Positions 21,617-32,211 of a stretch of DNA of 64,000 nucleotides are shown here, piece after piece (the stretch's first letter is position 1; each line of letters starts with the position of its first letter). The DNA lies in assembly GCA_963663865.1 (NCBI GenBank), contig OY760686.1, positions 512,001-576,000 of the forward strand. The letters are read 5' to 3'. The notes beneath the pieces are model-generated. The model made no database searches. It was given only the letters and a program-made list of their open reading frames with translations, and was not told where the DNA came from. Origin of the DNA: Spirochaetota bacterium. GTDB lineage: Bacteria > Spirochaetota > UBA4802 > UBA5550. A program made the translations under genes and the position numbers.

Positions 21617-24040
21617 ATGAAAAAAATTCTTTCGTATCTTATTCTCATGCTTGCCGTGTGCGCCCTGACGTTCACAGCCTGCGGGGATGATGACAAAGAT
21701 GACCCAACACCAACGCCGGGGCCGTTCGATGATGGGACTGCATGTGAAACGGGCGAGAGCATTTACTGTGTTGACGGTGTCTACTCTCAGCCGAAGATAG
21801 TCATTGGTGATGGTGTTGAAAAGACAACCCTTTCAGTAGAAGTTACTGATGCGCAGGGGAACCCTGTTACTTACACTTTCAAGGACTCTGACGGCGACGG
21901 TGCCCTTGACAAGTATGAAGACTGGAGACTCAGCGTAAGCGACAGGGCTGATGATCTTATCTCCCAGCTTTCAAATGATCAAAAAGGCGCTTTCCTCTAT
22001 GAGACTTTCTGGATGAACAAAAATGTCGGGGCCCCTACGGCCAATGCGGAAGTCAGCGAGACTGTTAAAGGCTATATCGACAACTGGCAGCTGAGATTTT
22101 CTCTTGCTGGTGAAAATACCGATTATACCCACAATCTGCAGACGCAATATCATAATAATATTCAGAAACTCTGTGAAGCCGCTGATTTCGGGGTTCCTAT
22201 GATGCTCTGTGTTGACCCGGCTACAGGATGGGGAATCAATCAGGATGTCTCCGGTTATGAAGCTAAAAACAACCACAAGGTGGTAGGCCGCTGGTGTTAC
22301 AATCTCGGATTGGGAGCAATAAACGATCCGGATTACGTAAAAGAAGTAGCTGGTTACCATGCTCAGGCTTACAAGGCTCATGGAATCAACATGCTTCTTG
22401 GGCCAATGTGCGACGTTATTGGCGAACCGAGATGGGCTCGTGTCTATGACACAATGGGCTCTGACCCGGAAATAGTAGGTAACAACGTTAAGGCTTACAT
22501 CCAGGGACTGCAGGGCAGCGATGATGGAACTGGAGTTATTACTGTCGCAGCCACAATTAAGCACTTTCCCGGAGGCGGAGCAAACGAGGACGGTATGGAC
22601 AGCCATACATGGCCGGGAAGGTATGCGGCTAATGCCGGAAACAACTTCGAAGCGCATGTAGGGGCATTTGCCACAGCTCTCGAAGCCAATCCTGCCTGCC
22701 TTATGCCTTGCTACAGCATTTTCCATAACGCAGTGTACAAGGGAACAGCGGTTGAAGAGCTGAAAACCTCTCACCATGTTGAAGAGATCATGATTGATAT
22801 TCTCAGAGAAGACCTTGGATGGGATGGAATGGTTACCTCTGACTGGGGAGCTGTTACTGGAAACTATGCAGGTGCTGCTTATTTCGCTGTTGGTGGTTCT
22901 TGCTACGGTTTCCCGACAGATGTCACAACTAACGATGTTGTCAAGTCATACGCTGACTGCGGCGGTCACCAGATTGGTATGGGCGGCTACGACGAGTGGC
23001 TTAAAGCCCTTGCTGACGGTTTTATTACTCAGGAACAATATGACAACGCGGCCAAGAAATGTGTAGAAGTAACATTTAAAGTCGGCGCGTTTGAGAATCC
23101 ATATGTGGATGAGGATAATGTTGATGCATTCTTCCAGGGCCTTGAAGACAAAATCGCTGAGGTTACGAAGAAGGCTATGGTACTCGTGAAAAACGAAGAC
23201 AGCACCCTTCCTGTTGCAAGCGGGAAAAAGGTTTACTTTGATGGTGTTGATGACTCAGTTCTCAGTTACTTTACGGATGTCACCGTAACAAGTTCTCTTG
23301 AAGACGCAGATATAGCGATTATCAGGATCGCAGCTCGTAAGGGAGAATATTTCGGAATGCAGTCACAATATACGATACAGGAAGGAGATCCTGAAAGATA
23401 TGGAGCTGTAGGTTCCGGCTTTCTTGGAGGCGGAGTTCCTATCGGGTTTCTTGATGTAATTAAAACATATTACCCTGATGCCGATCCGGGCAGTGAAGAC
23501 AATACCCGCGGTGAGCCATATCTGGATAATAACAGCAATATGGCTGCCAGCAATGGAAATCACAATCCATATCAGGTACGCCATCAGGCATGGGATGGCA
23601 TCAAAAAGCTTCAGAGGGCAATTGCGGCACGCGATACAGGTGGAGCTGCTGAGTCGGCCCCTCAAGAAGGAACCAATGGAACTTACTGGGACACAGATGC
23701 GATGAATCCGATTGACTGCGATACAAATGGAGATGGTGATTACGACGATGCCGGATTTGTCGCAAACAGCAATCTGAAGATCGTAGCCTGTGTATTCGGC
23801 GTAAGACCTTTTGAGTACAGAACAGAATTTGACAGCATTGACGCCATGGTTGTTGACTTTGGTATTAATGATGAGAACCTTCTCGGTGCTCTTCTCGGCG
23901 AAGATGACTTCTCATTTTCATCAAAGCTTCCATATGGACTTCCGGCAAACAACACTGTTGTTGAAGAAGCCAAAGAGGATCTCTTTGAGGATGAGGCAAG
24001 CATCCCTGTAGTTAGAGGCACTGGAATTCAGGGCTGGTAA
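21617..24040 (+). CDS. Glycoside hydrolase family 3 lipoprotein, paralog #2
   Basis: AGGAGGAGG RBS, lipobox FTAC, EPRWAR, IKHFPG, MPCYS, VTSDWG. Confidence 0.9.
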   Translation: MKKILSYLILMLAVCALTFTACGDDDKDDPTPTPGPFDDGTACETGESIYCVDGVYSQPKIVIGDGVEKTTLSVEVTDAQGNPVTYTFKDSDGDGALDKYEDWRLSVSDRADDLISQLSNDQKGAFLYETFWMNKNVGAPTANAEVSETVKGYIDNWQLRFSLAGENTDYTHNLQTQYHNNIQKLCEAADFGVPMMLCVDPATGWGINQDVSGYEAKNNHKVVGRWCYNLGLGAINDPDYVKEVAGYHAQAYKAHGINMLLGPMCDVIGEPRWARVYDTMGSDPEIVGNNVKAYIQGLQGSDDGTGVITVAATIKHFPGGGANEDGMDSHTWPGRYAANAGNNFEAHVGAFATALEANPACLMPCYSIFHNAVYKGTAVEELKTSHHVEEIMIDILREDLGWDGMVTSDWGAVTGNYAGAAYFAVGGSCYGFPTDVTTNDVVKSYADCGGHQIGMGGYDEWLKALADGFITQEQYDNAAKKCVEVTFKVGAFENPYVDEDNVDAFFQGLEDKIAEVTKKAMVLVKNEDSTLPVASGKKVYFDGVDDSVLSYFTDVTVTSSLEDADIAIIRIAARKGEYFGMQSQYTIQEGDPERYGAVGSGFLGGGVPIGFLDVIKTYYPDADPGSEDNTRGEPYLDNNSNMAASNGNHNPYQVRHQAWDGIKKLQRAIAARDTGGAAESAPQEGTNGTYWDTDAMNPIDCDTNGDGDYDDAGFVANSNLKIVACVFGVRPFEYRTEFDSIDAMVVDFGINDENLLGALLGEDDFSFSSKLPYGLPANNTVVEEAKEDLFEDEASIPVVRGTGIQGW

Positions 24041-24075
24041 TTACATCAATAACAGAATATGATGTTAATAAAAGT

Positions 24076-24105
24076 GGGCGTCCTTACGGCGCCCTCTTTT
24101 TTTTT
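24076..24105 (+). terminator. Rho-independent terminator
   Basis: GGGCGTC-CTTAC-GGCGCCC followed by a T-run. Confidence 0.8.
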
Positions 24106-24256
24106 GCGGCCGTCATGCTTGTTTGCCTTTAGGCGGGTAACAGGGATATCGCCATGTTAATAAATCTATCTCTTCAAAATAAAAAATCATTTGACCAAAA
24201 TATTATCCGGTATTGTACTCTGATTTCTGGATTTAAACTGGCTTGCGGGGGAATGC

Positions 24257-25330
24257 GTGAAAGATAGACAGATTCTCATAATGTCAGCAATATGCGCTCT
24301 GTTTTTTGTTATGGCTGGAAGTTATCAGCCAAAGTTTTTATTTTATCATGCCTTGAATTTCCACGCCGCTCTTTTTTTCTTCGTTATAGGTTGTGGGAGA
24401 GGGCTTTCTGAAAGAAGTATATCTATAGTCGGTGAATTGGCTTCATTGCTGAAAAAAAGGCTGGGTGGTTTCTATCTTAACAATCTGATATTTGCCGTCC
24501 TGACAATAATTGTTGTAAGCGCTGGTATCGGTTCAGGAAATCCGGCTCCCGCATTCGGTTCAATGTCAGAAACCCTGGATTCAATAGGAAACTTTTTTAC
24601 TGATCCTTTTCTGGCCGGTGACCAGTATCCCCTTTTCGCTACAGCTTGGCTTTTTATTCAATTGTTTATTGTGCAGTTTCTTTTTCTCTTGCTGCGTTTT
24701 TCTGACAAGCTTCCATATCTTGGAGGTCTTCTGCTTTTTTCGGTTATCTTCGCTCTGGTACAGGCCGATGGAGCTCCCAAAAAACCTGCGGGAGCTGATC
24801 TTGTTTTGATACGTACTTCCTTCGCTTTTATGTTCTATCTCGCCGGATACATTATTGCGAGTCTTCCTGACGATATCAGGCAAAGACTTATTTCTCCTGT
24901 TGCGATTGTCTGCAGCTTTATTCTCATAAATGTTATTCAGGCATTTTTTGGAGAGACGCATTATTTTATAAAACAGGGCGTTATTCCGAACAGCAGCTAC
25001 GGGGCCGTCTTTCTGTCCACCTTTTTGATAGTGGTGATGGTCTACCAGCTATCTCATTACATCGCTGCTGTTGTCAGGGAAAACAGCCTGATTCTTAAGC
25101 TGGGAGAGCACTTCGAACAGGTGCTCATCTGGCATCCCACGGTGTTCTTTGTAATCAATTTGATTTTGGTTGCGTTCGGTTTGATGCAGGCAGAGGAGCT
25201 CCTGAAGGGAGGGGTTTCCCATGCTATACACAAGACATGGCTTATCTATGTAGTTTCTGCGGTTGCTGTCCCTGCCGTAGCAGCGGCGGCATTCGTAAAA
25301 TTAAAAAAACGCGTATGCGGCGTGAGCTGA
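24257..25330 (+). CDS. Acyltransferase-3-like membrane protein (divergent paralog)
   Basis: About 10 TM helices. Colinear with the next gene (FHAALFFFVIG, PAFGS, WLFIQLFIV, LIWH). Confidence 0.7.
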   Translation: MKDRQILIMSAICALFFVMAGSYQPKFLFYHALNFHAALFFFVIGCGRGLSERSISIVGELASLLKKRLGGFYLNNLIFAVLTIIVVSAGIGSGNPAPAFGSMSETLDSIGNFFTDPFLAGDQYPLFATAWLFIQLFIVQFLFLLLRFSDKLPYLGGLLLFSVIFALVQADGAPKKPAGADLVLIRTSFAFMFYLAGYIIASLPDDIRQRLISPVAIVCSFILINVIQAFFGETHYFIKQGVIPNSSYGAVFLSTFLIVVMVYQLSHYIAAVVRENSLILKLGEHFEQVLIWHPTVFFVINLILVAFGLMQAEELLKGGVSHAIHKTWLIYVVSAVAVPAVAAAAFVKLKKRVCGVS

Positions 25331-25373
25331 ACGCAGTGTTTTCCGATTATGTGACTGTTTCCGGGGGGTTAAG

Positions 25374-26462
25374 GTGCGCAATAAACATATTGATATAATG
25401 CTCGGGTTTGGAATTATTATGGTTGTAATGGGACACCGCTATCAGCCTGAGAATTTGTTCTATCCGGCCTATACATTTCACATGGCGCTTTTCTTTTTTA
25501 TCTCAGGATATCTTGCTACCATTAAGAATGGAGTTAAGGATAAGCTGAGTTTTATTTATAGAAAAACTAAATCTCAGCTTTTTAAGTATTACGCTTATAA
25601 CCTCCTTTTCGGAGTTATCACCTTTTTGCTTGCCCTTGCCGGTCTTAAAATGGGCTATCAGGTCCCCGCATTCGGGTCTGGCGCCGAAACCCTTGATACT
25701 ATAAGAAACTTCTTTGTTATTCCTCTGCAGGATGGGCACCACTACCACCTTTACCTCGCTGCTTGGTTTATTCTGCAGCTGTATATTGTGCATCTGGTGT
25801 TTCAGCTTATATTCTTCAGCGACGACAAACGCTTGGTCTACGCCGTTTTTATTGTCCTTATTCCGGTGACACTGTTTCTGATGAAGAAAGGCCTCGTGAA
25901 CTATACAGACTTCAGACTGACCGGTGTAAGGACCTCATTCGCGCTTCTCTTCTATCTGGCGGGTTATATCGTCAAACGCGAGGAGGAGAGGATCGGCTGG
26001 CTGCTGAGGTCTCCATGGACACTGCTTGTATGCTTTGCTTCTGTCGATGTGCTCAGCATCAATTTTGGAAACGTGAATTACAACATAGTACTCGGAAATA
26101 TTGCTAATGAAAACGTCGCTGTTCCTGTTATCACAACATTAATAATTGTCATCATTGTGTATCAGCTTTCGTACTATGCTGCCAGGTTTATCAGTGATTC
26201 TTCCATACTCCTCACAATAGGGAAATCTACGCTGACGATTTTAATCTGGCACTTTACCGTATTTTTCCTGATAAACGCTGTTCTATACGCCCTTGGCCTG
26301 ATAACAAAGGAGAACCTTGCCAACAACTGGTTTGTGTTTGAAGATAAGAAGACCTGGCTTCTGTATATTCCGGCGGGAATCATGGTACCGCTTTATCTGA
26401 AGTATTTATATCAGAGATATGTGAAGAAAAGCCCGGTTACCGGCAAACTCTATGCGGGATGA
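25374..26462 (+). CDS. Acyltransferase family 3 (O-acetyltransferase-like)
   Basis: DIMLGFGIIMVVMGH, FHMALFFFISGY, WFILQLY, IGKSTLTILIWH. Confidence 0.85.
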   Translation: MRNKHIDIMLGFGIIMVVMGHRYQPENLFYPAYTFHMALFFFISGYLATIKNGVKDKLSFIYRKTKSQLFKYYAYNLLFGVITFLLALAGLKMGYQVPAFGSGAETLDTIRNFFVIPLQDGHHYHLYLAAWFILQLYIVHLVFQLIFFSDDKRLVYAVFIVLIPVTLFLMKKGLVNYTDFRLTGVRTSFALLFYLAGYIVKREEERIGWLLRSPWTLLVCFASVDVLSINFGNVNYNIVLGNIANENVAVPVITTLIIVIIVYQLSYYAARFISDSSILLTIGKSTLTILIWHFTVFFLINAVLYALGLITKENLANNWFVFEDKKTWLLYIPAGIMVPLYLKYLYQRYVKKSPVTGKLYAG

Positions 26463-27645
26463 AAGCCTGGAGTCCTCGGCCCGTGTCAGTAGGGCGCTTG
26501 AACGCCGCGTAAAGCGGCACGTCATTTCACCGGAGCACGAATTTTTCGCCGTTGTGCAGCCCGGCTTTGAAAAAACGCTTTCAGAAGAGCTTGTTTCTCT
26601 TGGCCTCAAGGTCACAGGAATTGATGAAGGCGGTGTTCTTTTCAAATCGCAACTTGCAGGCTGCTATACTGCAAATCTCTGTTCGAGGGGCGCTTCAAGG
26701 ATTTTGATGAGGATAAAGGCCTTCAGGGCGCCGAATGCCCAGTCCCTGTACGAGAAGTCGTCTTCCATTCCGTGGGAACTCTACCTGTCGGGAAGGCCGT
26801 CATTTTCGGTTAAATGCAGAAAGTCAGCTCTCATTCATACCGGCCTGGTTGAAGAGACAGTGCTTTCCGCGATGAGGGACAGAGAGGAGTTTGCCGCATT
26901 TTACGAAAATCACACACCCGATCAAACCGTATATATTCGCATGAACAGTGATGAGTGCACCATCAGCATTGACTCAAGCGGTGAGCCTCTCTACAGGAGG
27001 GGGATAAAGCTCAATACCGGGAGGGCCCCGCTGCGGGAGACGCTCGCCTCCCTGATTCTTCTTGAAGCGCGATGTGGGGAATACAGCGCTGTTCTTGACC
27101 CTATGTGCGGAACAGGAACATTCGGCATTGAAGCCGCGGGGTTACTCTCCGCGCAGCCGGCCGGGTTGCGCAGGCCGTTCGCGTTTGAGTCATGGCCGGC
27201 CTTCCGGCCTGCCGCGTTTAATCACCTTAAAAAGGGGCTGGCCTCTGTACCTGAAGAAAGAAAAAGCTATAAAATTCATATGTCGGACATTGACCCTGAT
27301 GCGGTTAAAACGGCCTCTGAAAATACGAAAAGGCTCGGCCTGCCTGTTGAAATTACTGTGTCTGATTTTTTTGAAACCAGGCCCGGACTGAACAGTCCTG
27401 ACACGCTGCTTGTCATAAATCCGCCATACGGTGGAAGGATTAAGACCGGCGATATTGCAGGGTTTTACCGGAGTATCAGCGCGAAGATAAAAAGCTGCTT
27501 CGATCTCTGCGGTTTCGCACTGATAGTTCCGGAAGAGGTGCAATCGGGGAAGCTTGATCTGCCGTTTGACAGGATTATAGCCTTCAGAAATGGCGGGCTA
27601 AATGTTTCAGTGCTGATTAAGTTCTCATCAAAAATCTGCCGTTAA
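26452..27645 (+). CDS. THUMP-domain RNA methyltransferase (RlmL/UPF0020-like)
   Basis: DSSGEPLYRRG, APLRETLA, DPMCGTGT, NPPYG. Confidence 0.88.
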   Translation: MRDESLESSARVSRALERRVKRHVISPEHEFFAVVQPGFEKTLSEELVSLGLKVTGIDEGGVLFKSQLAGCYTANLCSRGASRILMRIKAFRAPNAQSLYEKSSSIPWELYLSGRPSFSVKCRKSALIHTGLVEETVLSAMRDREEFAAFYENHTPDQTVYIRMNSDECTISIDSSGEPLYRRGIKLNTGRAPLRETLASLILLEARCGEYSAVLDPMCGTGTFGIEAAGLLSAQPAGLRRPFAFESWPAFRPAAFNHLKKGLASVPEERKSYKIHMSDIDPDAVKTASENTKRLGLPVEITVSDFFETRPGLNSPDTLLVINPPYGGRIKTGDIAGFYRSISAKIKSCFDLCGFALIVPEEVQSGKLDLPFDRIIAFRNGGLNVSVLIKFSSKICR

Positions 27646-27888
27646 GAGCTCAGATTAACAAAAAAGCAGCGTTCTTTTTTCGGATCAAACGTGACGACGC
27701 TGCTTTATTTTGTATTTACCCTCTCAATTTTAAGTATAATTATTGACTTAATAAAAATAAGCTGTAAGAAGTAGCTGTAACAGTATTTAGTGTTAAAGCC
27801 GAGGACTTCCCGTTCCCGGTGTGGTTTCGGCTGTTTCGCCGCTATTTGATCGGACGTATTTCCCTATTATCTTCAGGGAGTAGGATAT

Positions 27889-30800
27889 ATGAAGGTTCTG
27901 GTCAGACTTGCAGTAAAATATCCCGTAAAAACGCTGTCTCTCATAGCGCTTCTCACTGTGCTTTTCGGCGCAGGTGCATACCTGAACTTTAGCATTGAGA
28001 CTAATCCAGCCAAAAGTTTTTCAAGAAATCTTGATGTGGTGAAGTTTCACAACATAACATCAAGAAAGTTCAAAACGAGAGATTACATCCTCATCGGAGT
28101 TGAAGAGAGGAAGAGTGGTGTTTTCAGCGTTCCGGTCCTCCGTTACGTTGAAGGGCTTGTTGGGCGTTTGCAGAATCTAAAGCTTGATAAAAAAGTGTTC
28201 AATTCAGCTGACGGCAAGTACATTGACATCAGCATACCGGCGGCAATTGACCCGGGCGGGATTCTCAGCTATGTCAATGCCGATGACGTAACAGTTGACA
28301 GGGGGACAGGTACCGTAGTAACCGGGACGCTTACGGAAAGAGCCGAGAGGGCTGCCGGCATAGTCAGAAAAAGCGAGGCTTTGCTGCCACCTGAAGATGA
28401 ATCTCTCAAAAAGATTATTCCTGAACTGAAATCATTGATACTTGAAAGCGCTATATATTCAGGAACGCTTGTTTCACCTGACAGCAGCGCCTGTGCGGTA
28501 ATGGTACCGGTCGAGAGCAAAACCGACGGAAAGCTAAGAGTTATAAGGCGTGAAATATTCACACTAATTGACCCGCTGTTCCTGAAAGACAGTTTTGAAA
28601 GCAGGGGGATGCCGCATTTAACAGGAAAAAAAGGTATTGATTTCAACGCAAAAGCCTCTTCAAACTATGAAGCGCTGTCGGTTTTTTTCAGAGAGCTTTT
28701 TGCTGACCTCGGAGCCGGCAGGGGCTTCGAAGAGGCGGCAGGCGGGGCTGAAGGCAGCCTGTTTATTGAGAGGATGCTTTCGCTTCTTGAGAATGATGAG
28801 GCTTACAGAAACGACAATGTCAATATATCCTATGATGACGCGGTTGACAGGTTGTACGAGTTTGTTGTTTCAAGGATGGATCGAGCCGGTCTTGAGCGCC
28901 TTGAAGCGTCTGTTTACAGCATAAAGGACATCACCGATACCGGCGTTTTATATGACAGCCTTATTGCTCTTGCTGATGAGGGCAGGCCGGATGGCGTCAA
29001 GGTCTATGTCGCCGGGCGTCTTGCTGCTGAGGCCCTGATTGAAAGGTTTGTACTTAATGATATGTCGCTGTTTCTGGGGCTGACATCAATCATAATTATT
29101 CTGGTGCTATATTTGAGCTTCAGGTCAAAACGCGGTGTCCTGCTGCCGCTGTCGACGGTGCTTATTTCAGCTGTCTGGATATTCGGGGCCATGCTGAGTC
29201 TGGGCATCAAGATATCCTCCGGGACGATAGCGCTGCCTACGATTCTCATCGCCGTGGGAAGCGCCTATGTAATACACTTCCTTTCGAGGTACTACGATGA
29301 AGCCCGTGCCGGAAAGCCCCGTAAGGACGATGCTGTTTTTGCGGCATATCAAAAGGTCAATATCCCCCTTAACCTTTCGGCTGTTACAACTATTAGCGCT
29401 TTTTTGTCCATAATCGCTTCTGCCGGTGTTATAGATGTGCGTAACCTCGGAATTCTAACCGCGGCCGGAGTTGCAGTAAACCTTTTTCTTACTTACACGT
29501 TTGTTCCAGCCCTTCTCTCCATCATGCCTCTACCGCCAGTTCAGCTAAAGGACAATGAAGACCTTGTAACCAGGTGGATGGAGCGCGCGGCGGGTTTTAC
29601 GATAAAACACCCCGGAGGGGTATTTTTCGCGGGCATTGTGCTGAGTCTGGCTGCTGTCCCAGGCATCTTCGCTCTTCGCACCGAAAGCAGTGTGACGTAT
29701 TTCTTTAAGGAAGATAATCCAATCCGTGTTTCGAGCAGCTTTATCGACAAACATCTTACGGGAACAGGGGAAATAAGCGCTGTTTTCAGCCTCAGGGATA
29801 GGGTCTGCCTCAAGTCGTCTGATTCGAGGAGGAGGCTCGCCTCCCTGATAGACGGATATCACGGAGCTTTTGAAAAGCTCGCCAACGGAAGGATAAGTTC
29901 AAATCAGCGTGAGCTCTATAACTATTTCGCGTCCGGAATCAGCGGGATGAAGGTCGACCTTCTGGAGTTTCAGGATGAGCTGGAGAGGCGAATTGGTATT
30001 ATGAGAGATATTCTGAACGAGGGGTATTCCCCGGCTTCGATGGACAGTGCTGAAAAGAGGGTTACGGCGATAAAGGGAATAGCTGACATCTCTGATCTTG
30101 CGGAAAACGCCTCTTATGACAATAGTACGGGGGTCGCTGTTGATTCGGGTTTACTTGATATTGAGAAGAGAATAGGCAAAGAGGCGGTAGGGGCTGATAC
30201 GGCCGGATTTGTCAGGGAGATAAGAAAGACCTCAGAAAGCCCGGTGGGTAAGGCCTTCAGGCGGGAGTTTTTCAGGCTGTCGGATTATATGACCGCCGGA
30301 ATAACACAGCCTGAGGTGCTCAGAAAGCTGGATCGGCTGACTTCCGAGCTGAAGGCGCTTGAGACTCCGGCAGCGGATATCGACGGGACGAAGGTTAAGC
30401 CCGTCGGAAAAATCCTCAGCATAAGCGATCTTGTGAAGATGATTTACCGTGTTTTTTACCACGATGATAATCCGGACTACGATAAAATTCCCGATGTCAG
30501 GAATGACAATCTGGCGGATGAGACTCTGACAGACAGGCAGGCCGCTGCGGTTTGTCTCAGCCAGCTGAGAGGTTCTCAGCCGGACACTTACGGAAGCCTA
30601 GTTTCCGGGGACGGGAGCATGATTCAATACATGGTCTATGTCAGGAGCGACAGGGCCGGGTTTTTAAGTTCTTTCAGCCGGGAGTTCTACAGGCTTGCAG
30701 GCAATCTTTTCCCTTTTGATGATCCCTATGTAGAGAAGGCTGTTCTTTCCGGACTGCCGGCAATAAACATGACAATGAACAGGCTGCTCTTTGATCAGCA

Positions 30801-31335
30801 GTTTCAGTCAGTACTGATTACCATGGCAATTGTATTCCTCTGTTGCGTGTTTATTTTCATGTCTTTTGCGGGCGGGCTTTTCTCGATAATCCCTATCGGA
30901 ATAACACTCGCTGTGAACATGGGATTGATGGGCTGGCTTGAATTTCCTATAAATTACAGCACCGTCATTATCGCTTCAATAGCGGTCGGCACCGGCATCG
31001 ACTATACCATTCACTTTATTGACAGGTTCAAATATGAGCACATCTCGAATTCAAGGCCTGCGGGCGATGCGTATTTGACCACTGTCAGGACTATCGGGCG
31101 CTCGATAATGACAAACGCCCTCTCAATGGCAGGAGGCTTCTCAGTGATGGCTTTTTCCGAGTTCAAAATGCTTTCCGTTTCCGGTTTGATGATATCACTC
31201 GCTATGCTCATCAGTTCGACCGCGGCGATTACTGTGCTGCCGGCCATGATAATCTGGATGAAGCCTTCTTTCGTGACCAGGGCGCGGAGCGGTGAAATCA
31301 TGAGCGAGGGAGTCAACAGCAAAGAGATGAGGTAA
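27889..31335 (+). CDS. MMPL/RND family transporter with large periplasmic inserts
   Basis: Two repeats of 1+5 TM helices, AVGSAYVIHF and GTGIDYTIHF motifs. Confidence 0.88.
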   Translation: MKVLVRLAVKYPVKTLSLIALLTVLFGAGAYLNFSIETNPAKSFSRNLDVVKFHNITSRKFKTRDYILIGVEERKSGVFSVPVLRYVEGLVGRLQNLKLDKKVFNSADGKYIDISIPAAIDPGGILSYVNADDVTVDRGTGTVVTGTLTERAERAAGIVRKSEALLPPEDESLKKIIPELKSLILESAIYSGTLVSPDSSACAVMVPVESKTDGKLRVIRREIFTLIDPLFLKDSFESRGMPHLTGKKGIDFNAKASSNYEALSVFFRELFADLGAGRGFEEAAGGAEGSLFIERMLSLLENDEAYRNDNVNISYDDAVDRLYEFVVSRMDRAGLERLEASVYSIKDITDTGVLYDSLIALADEGRPDGVKVYVAGRLAAEALIERFVLNDMSLFLGLTSIIIILVLYLSFRSKRGVLLPLSTVLISAVWIFGAMLSLGIKISSGTIALPTILIAVGSAYVIHFLSRYYDEARAGKPRKDDAVFAAYQKVNIPLNLSAVTTISAFLSIIASAGVIDVRNLGILTAAGVAVNLFLTYTFVPALLSIMPLPPVQLKDNEDLVTRWMERAAGFTIKHPGGVFFAGIVLSLAAVPGIFALRTESSVTYFFKEDNPIRVSSSFIDKHLTGTGEISAVFSLRDRVCLKSSDSRRRLASLIDGYHGAFEKLANGRISSNQRELYNYFASGISGMKVDLLEFQDELERRIGIMRDILNEGYSPASMDSAEKRVTAIKGIADISDLAENASYDNSTGVAVDSGLLDIEKRIGKEAVGADTAGFVREIRKTSESPVGKAFRREFFRLSDYMTAGITQPEVLRKLDRLTSELKALETPAADIDGTKVKPVGKILSISDLVKMIYRVFYHDDNPDYDKIPDVRNDNLADETLTDRQAAAVCLSQLRGSQPDTYGSLVSGDGSMIQYMVYVRSDRAGFLSSFSREFYRLAGNLFPFDDPYVEKAVLSGLPAINMTMNRLLFDQQFQSVLITMAIVFLCCVFIFMSFAGGLFSIIPIGITLAVNMGLMGWLEFPINYSTVIIASIAVGTGIDYTIHFIDRFKYEHISNSRPAGDAYLTTVRTIGRSIMTNALSMAGGFSVMAFSEFKMLSVSGLMISLAMLISSTAAITVLPAMIIWMKPSFVTRARSGEIMSEGVNSKEMR

Positions 31336-31355
31336 TTATAATCCAGGGAGGAACT

Positions 31356-32207
31356 ATGAATCCAAGGTTTTCAGTACTGCTTCTGATCGCGTTTTTGCCG
31401 GCACATACACTTTTAGCTGAGACTCCTGAAGCGAAGGGACTCAGGCTCGCTTCTCAGGTGGATTCCCAGCCCAAGTTCGAAAAGGCCAAGGCTGAACTGG
31501 TTTTGAATATTTACAGCAGCAGCGGAGTTCTCAGCTTCAGCAAAAAGATGATTATCGGACAGTACACGGCAAACATGGGAACGTCCCGGGAAAAGGAATG
31601 CTCAATTTCCTATGTCATGGAGCCGGCGGCCGACAGAGGTAACAGCTATCTTGCCTTTAACTATAAAAACCGCGCTGATGACAAGTATATATATCTTCGC
31701 GGACTCAGGAAGGCCAAGAAGGTTGCCGGGGACACAAAGAAGATGAGCTTTTTCGGAAGCGACTTCTCAAACGATGATATGGGATTTCCGGATATCAACA
31801 TATCTGATTACAGGTATATCGGAAACAGCAGGGTGATGTTCAAGGGCAGGGAGTTTGATTGCACGGCCGTCGAAGCTGTTCCGAAAACCGAAGCCTTAAA
31901 AAACGAATCGGGGTACGGGAAAAAGGTCTTTTATTACTACCCGGCAGACGACAGGTCGCTTCTCACGCTTAAGGTTGATTACTATGACGTGAATATGCGA
32001 CGTTACAAGGAACTCCTGCTTGACTCGTTTCTGAAGGAGAAGAACCAGCGGGGTGAAACCGTTTTCTACACAACGGGGCTTACAATGAAGAATGTCCAGA
32101 CAGGTTCGTTTACGGAAATGAGAATGCGTAATGTGAAACACGGGAACAAGTCCGGCCTGAGAAGCGATATCTTCACTGAAGAGTATATGACGAGGCGGTG
32201 GTGGTGA
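31356..32207 (+). CDS. Outer-membrane lipoprotein-sorting (LolA-like) protein
   Basis: Signal peptide, EPAADRG, DDKYIYL, SFFGSDFSNDD, KVDYYD; directly follows the MMPL gene. Confidence 0.82.
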   Translation: MNPRFSVLLLIAFLPAHTLLAETPEAKGLRLASQVDSQPKFEKAKAELVLNIYSSSGVLSFSKKMIIGQYTANMGTSREKECSISYVMEPAADRGNSYLAFNYKNRADDKYIYLRGLRKAKKVAGDTKKMSFFGSDFSNDDMGFPDINISDYRYIGNSRVMFKGREFDCTAVEAVPKTEALKNESGYGKKVFYYYPADDRSLLTLKVDYYDVNMRRYKELLLDSFLKEKNQRGETVFYTTGLTMKNVQTGSFTEMRMRNVKHGNKSGLRSDIFTEEYMTRRWW

Positions 32208-32211
32208 TATC

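Noticed and set aside
27681-27722. GTGACGACG-N17-TACCCT upstream of the MMPL operon (and GGACGACC near 1525) as further copies of the shared promoter motif
   Set aside because: Only the GACGAC core matches and the TGTCG half-site is missing, so it is too weak.
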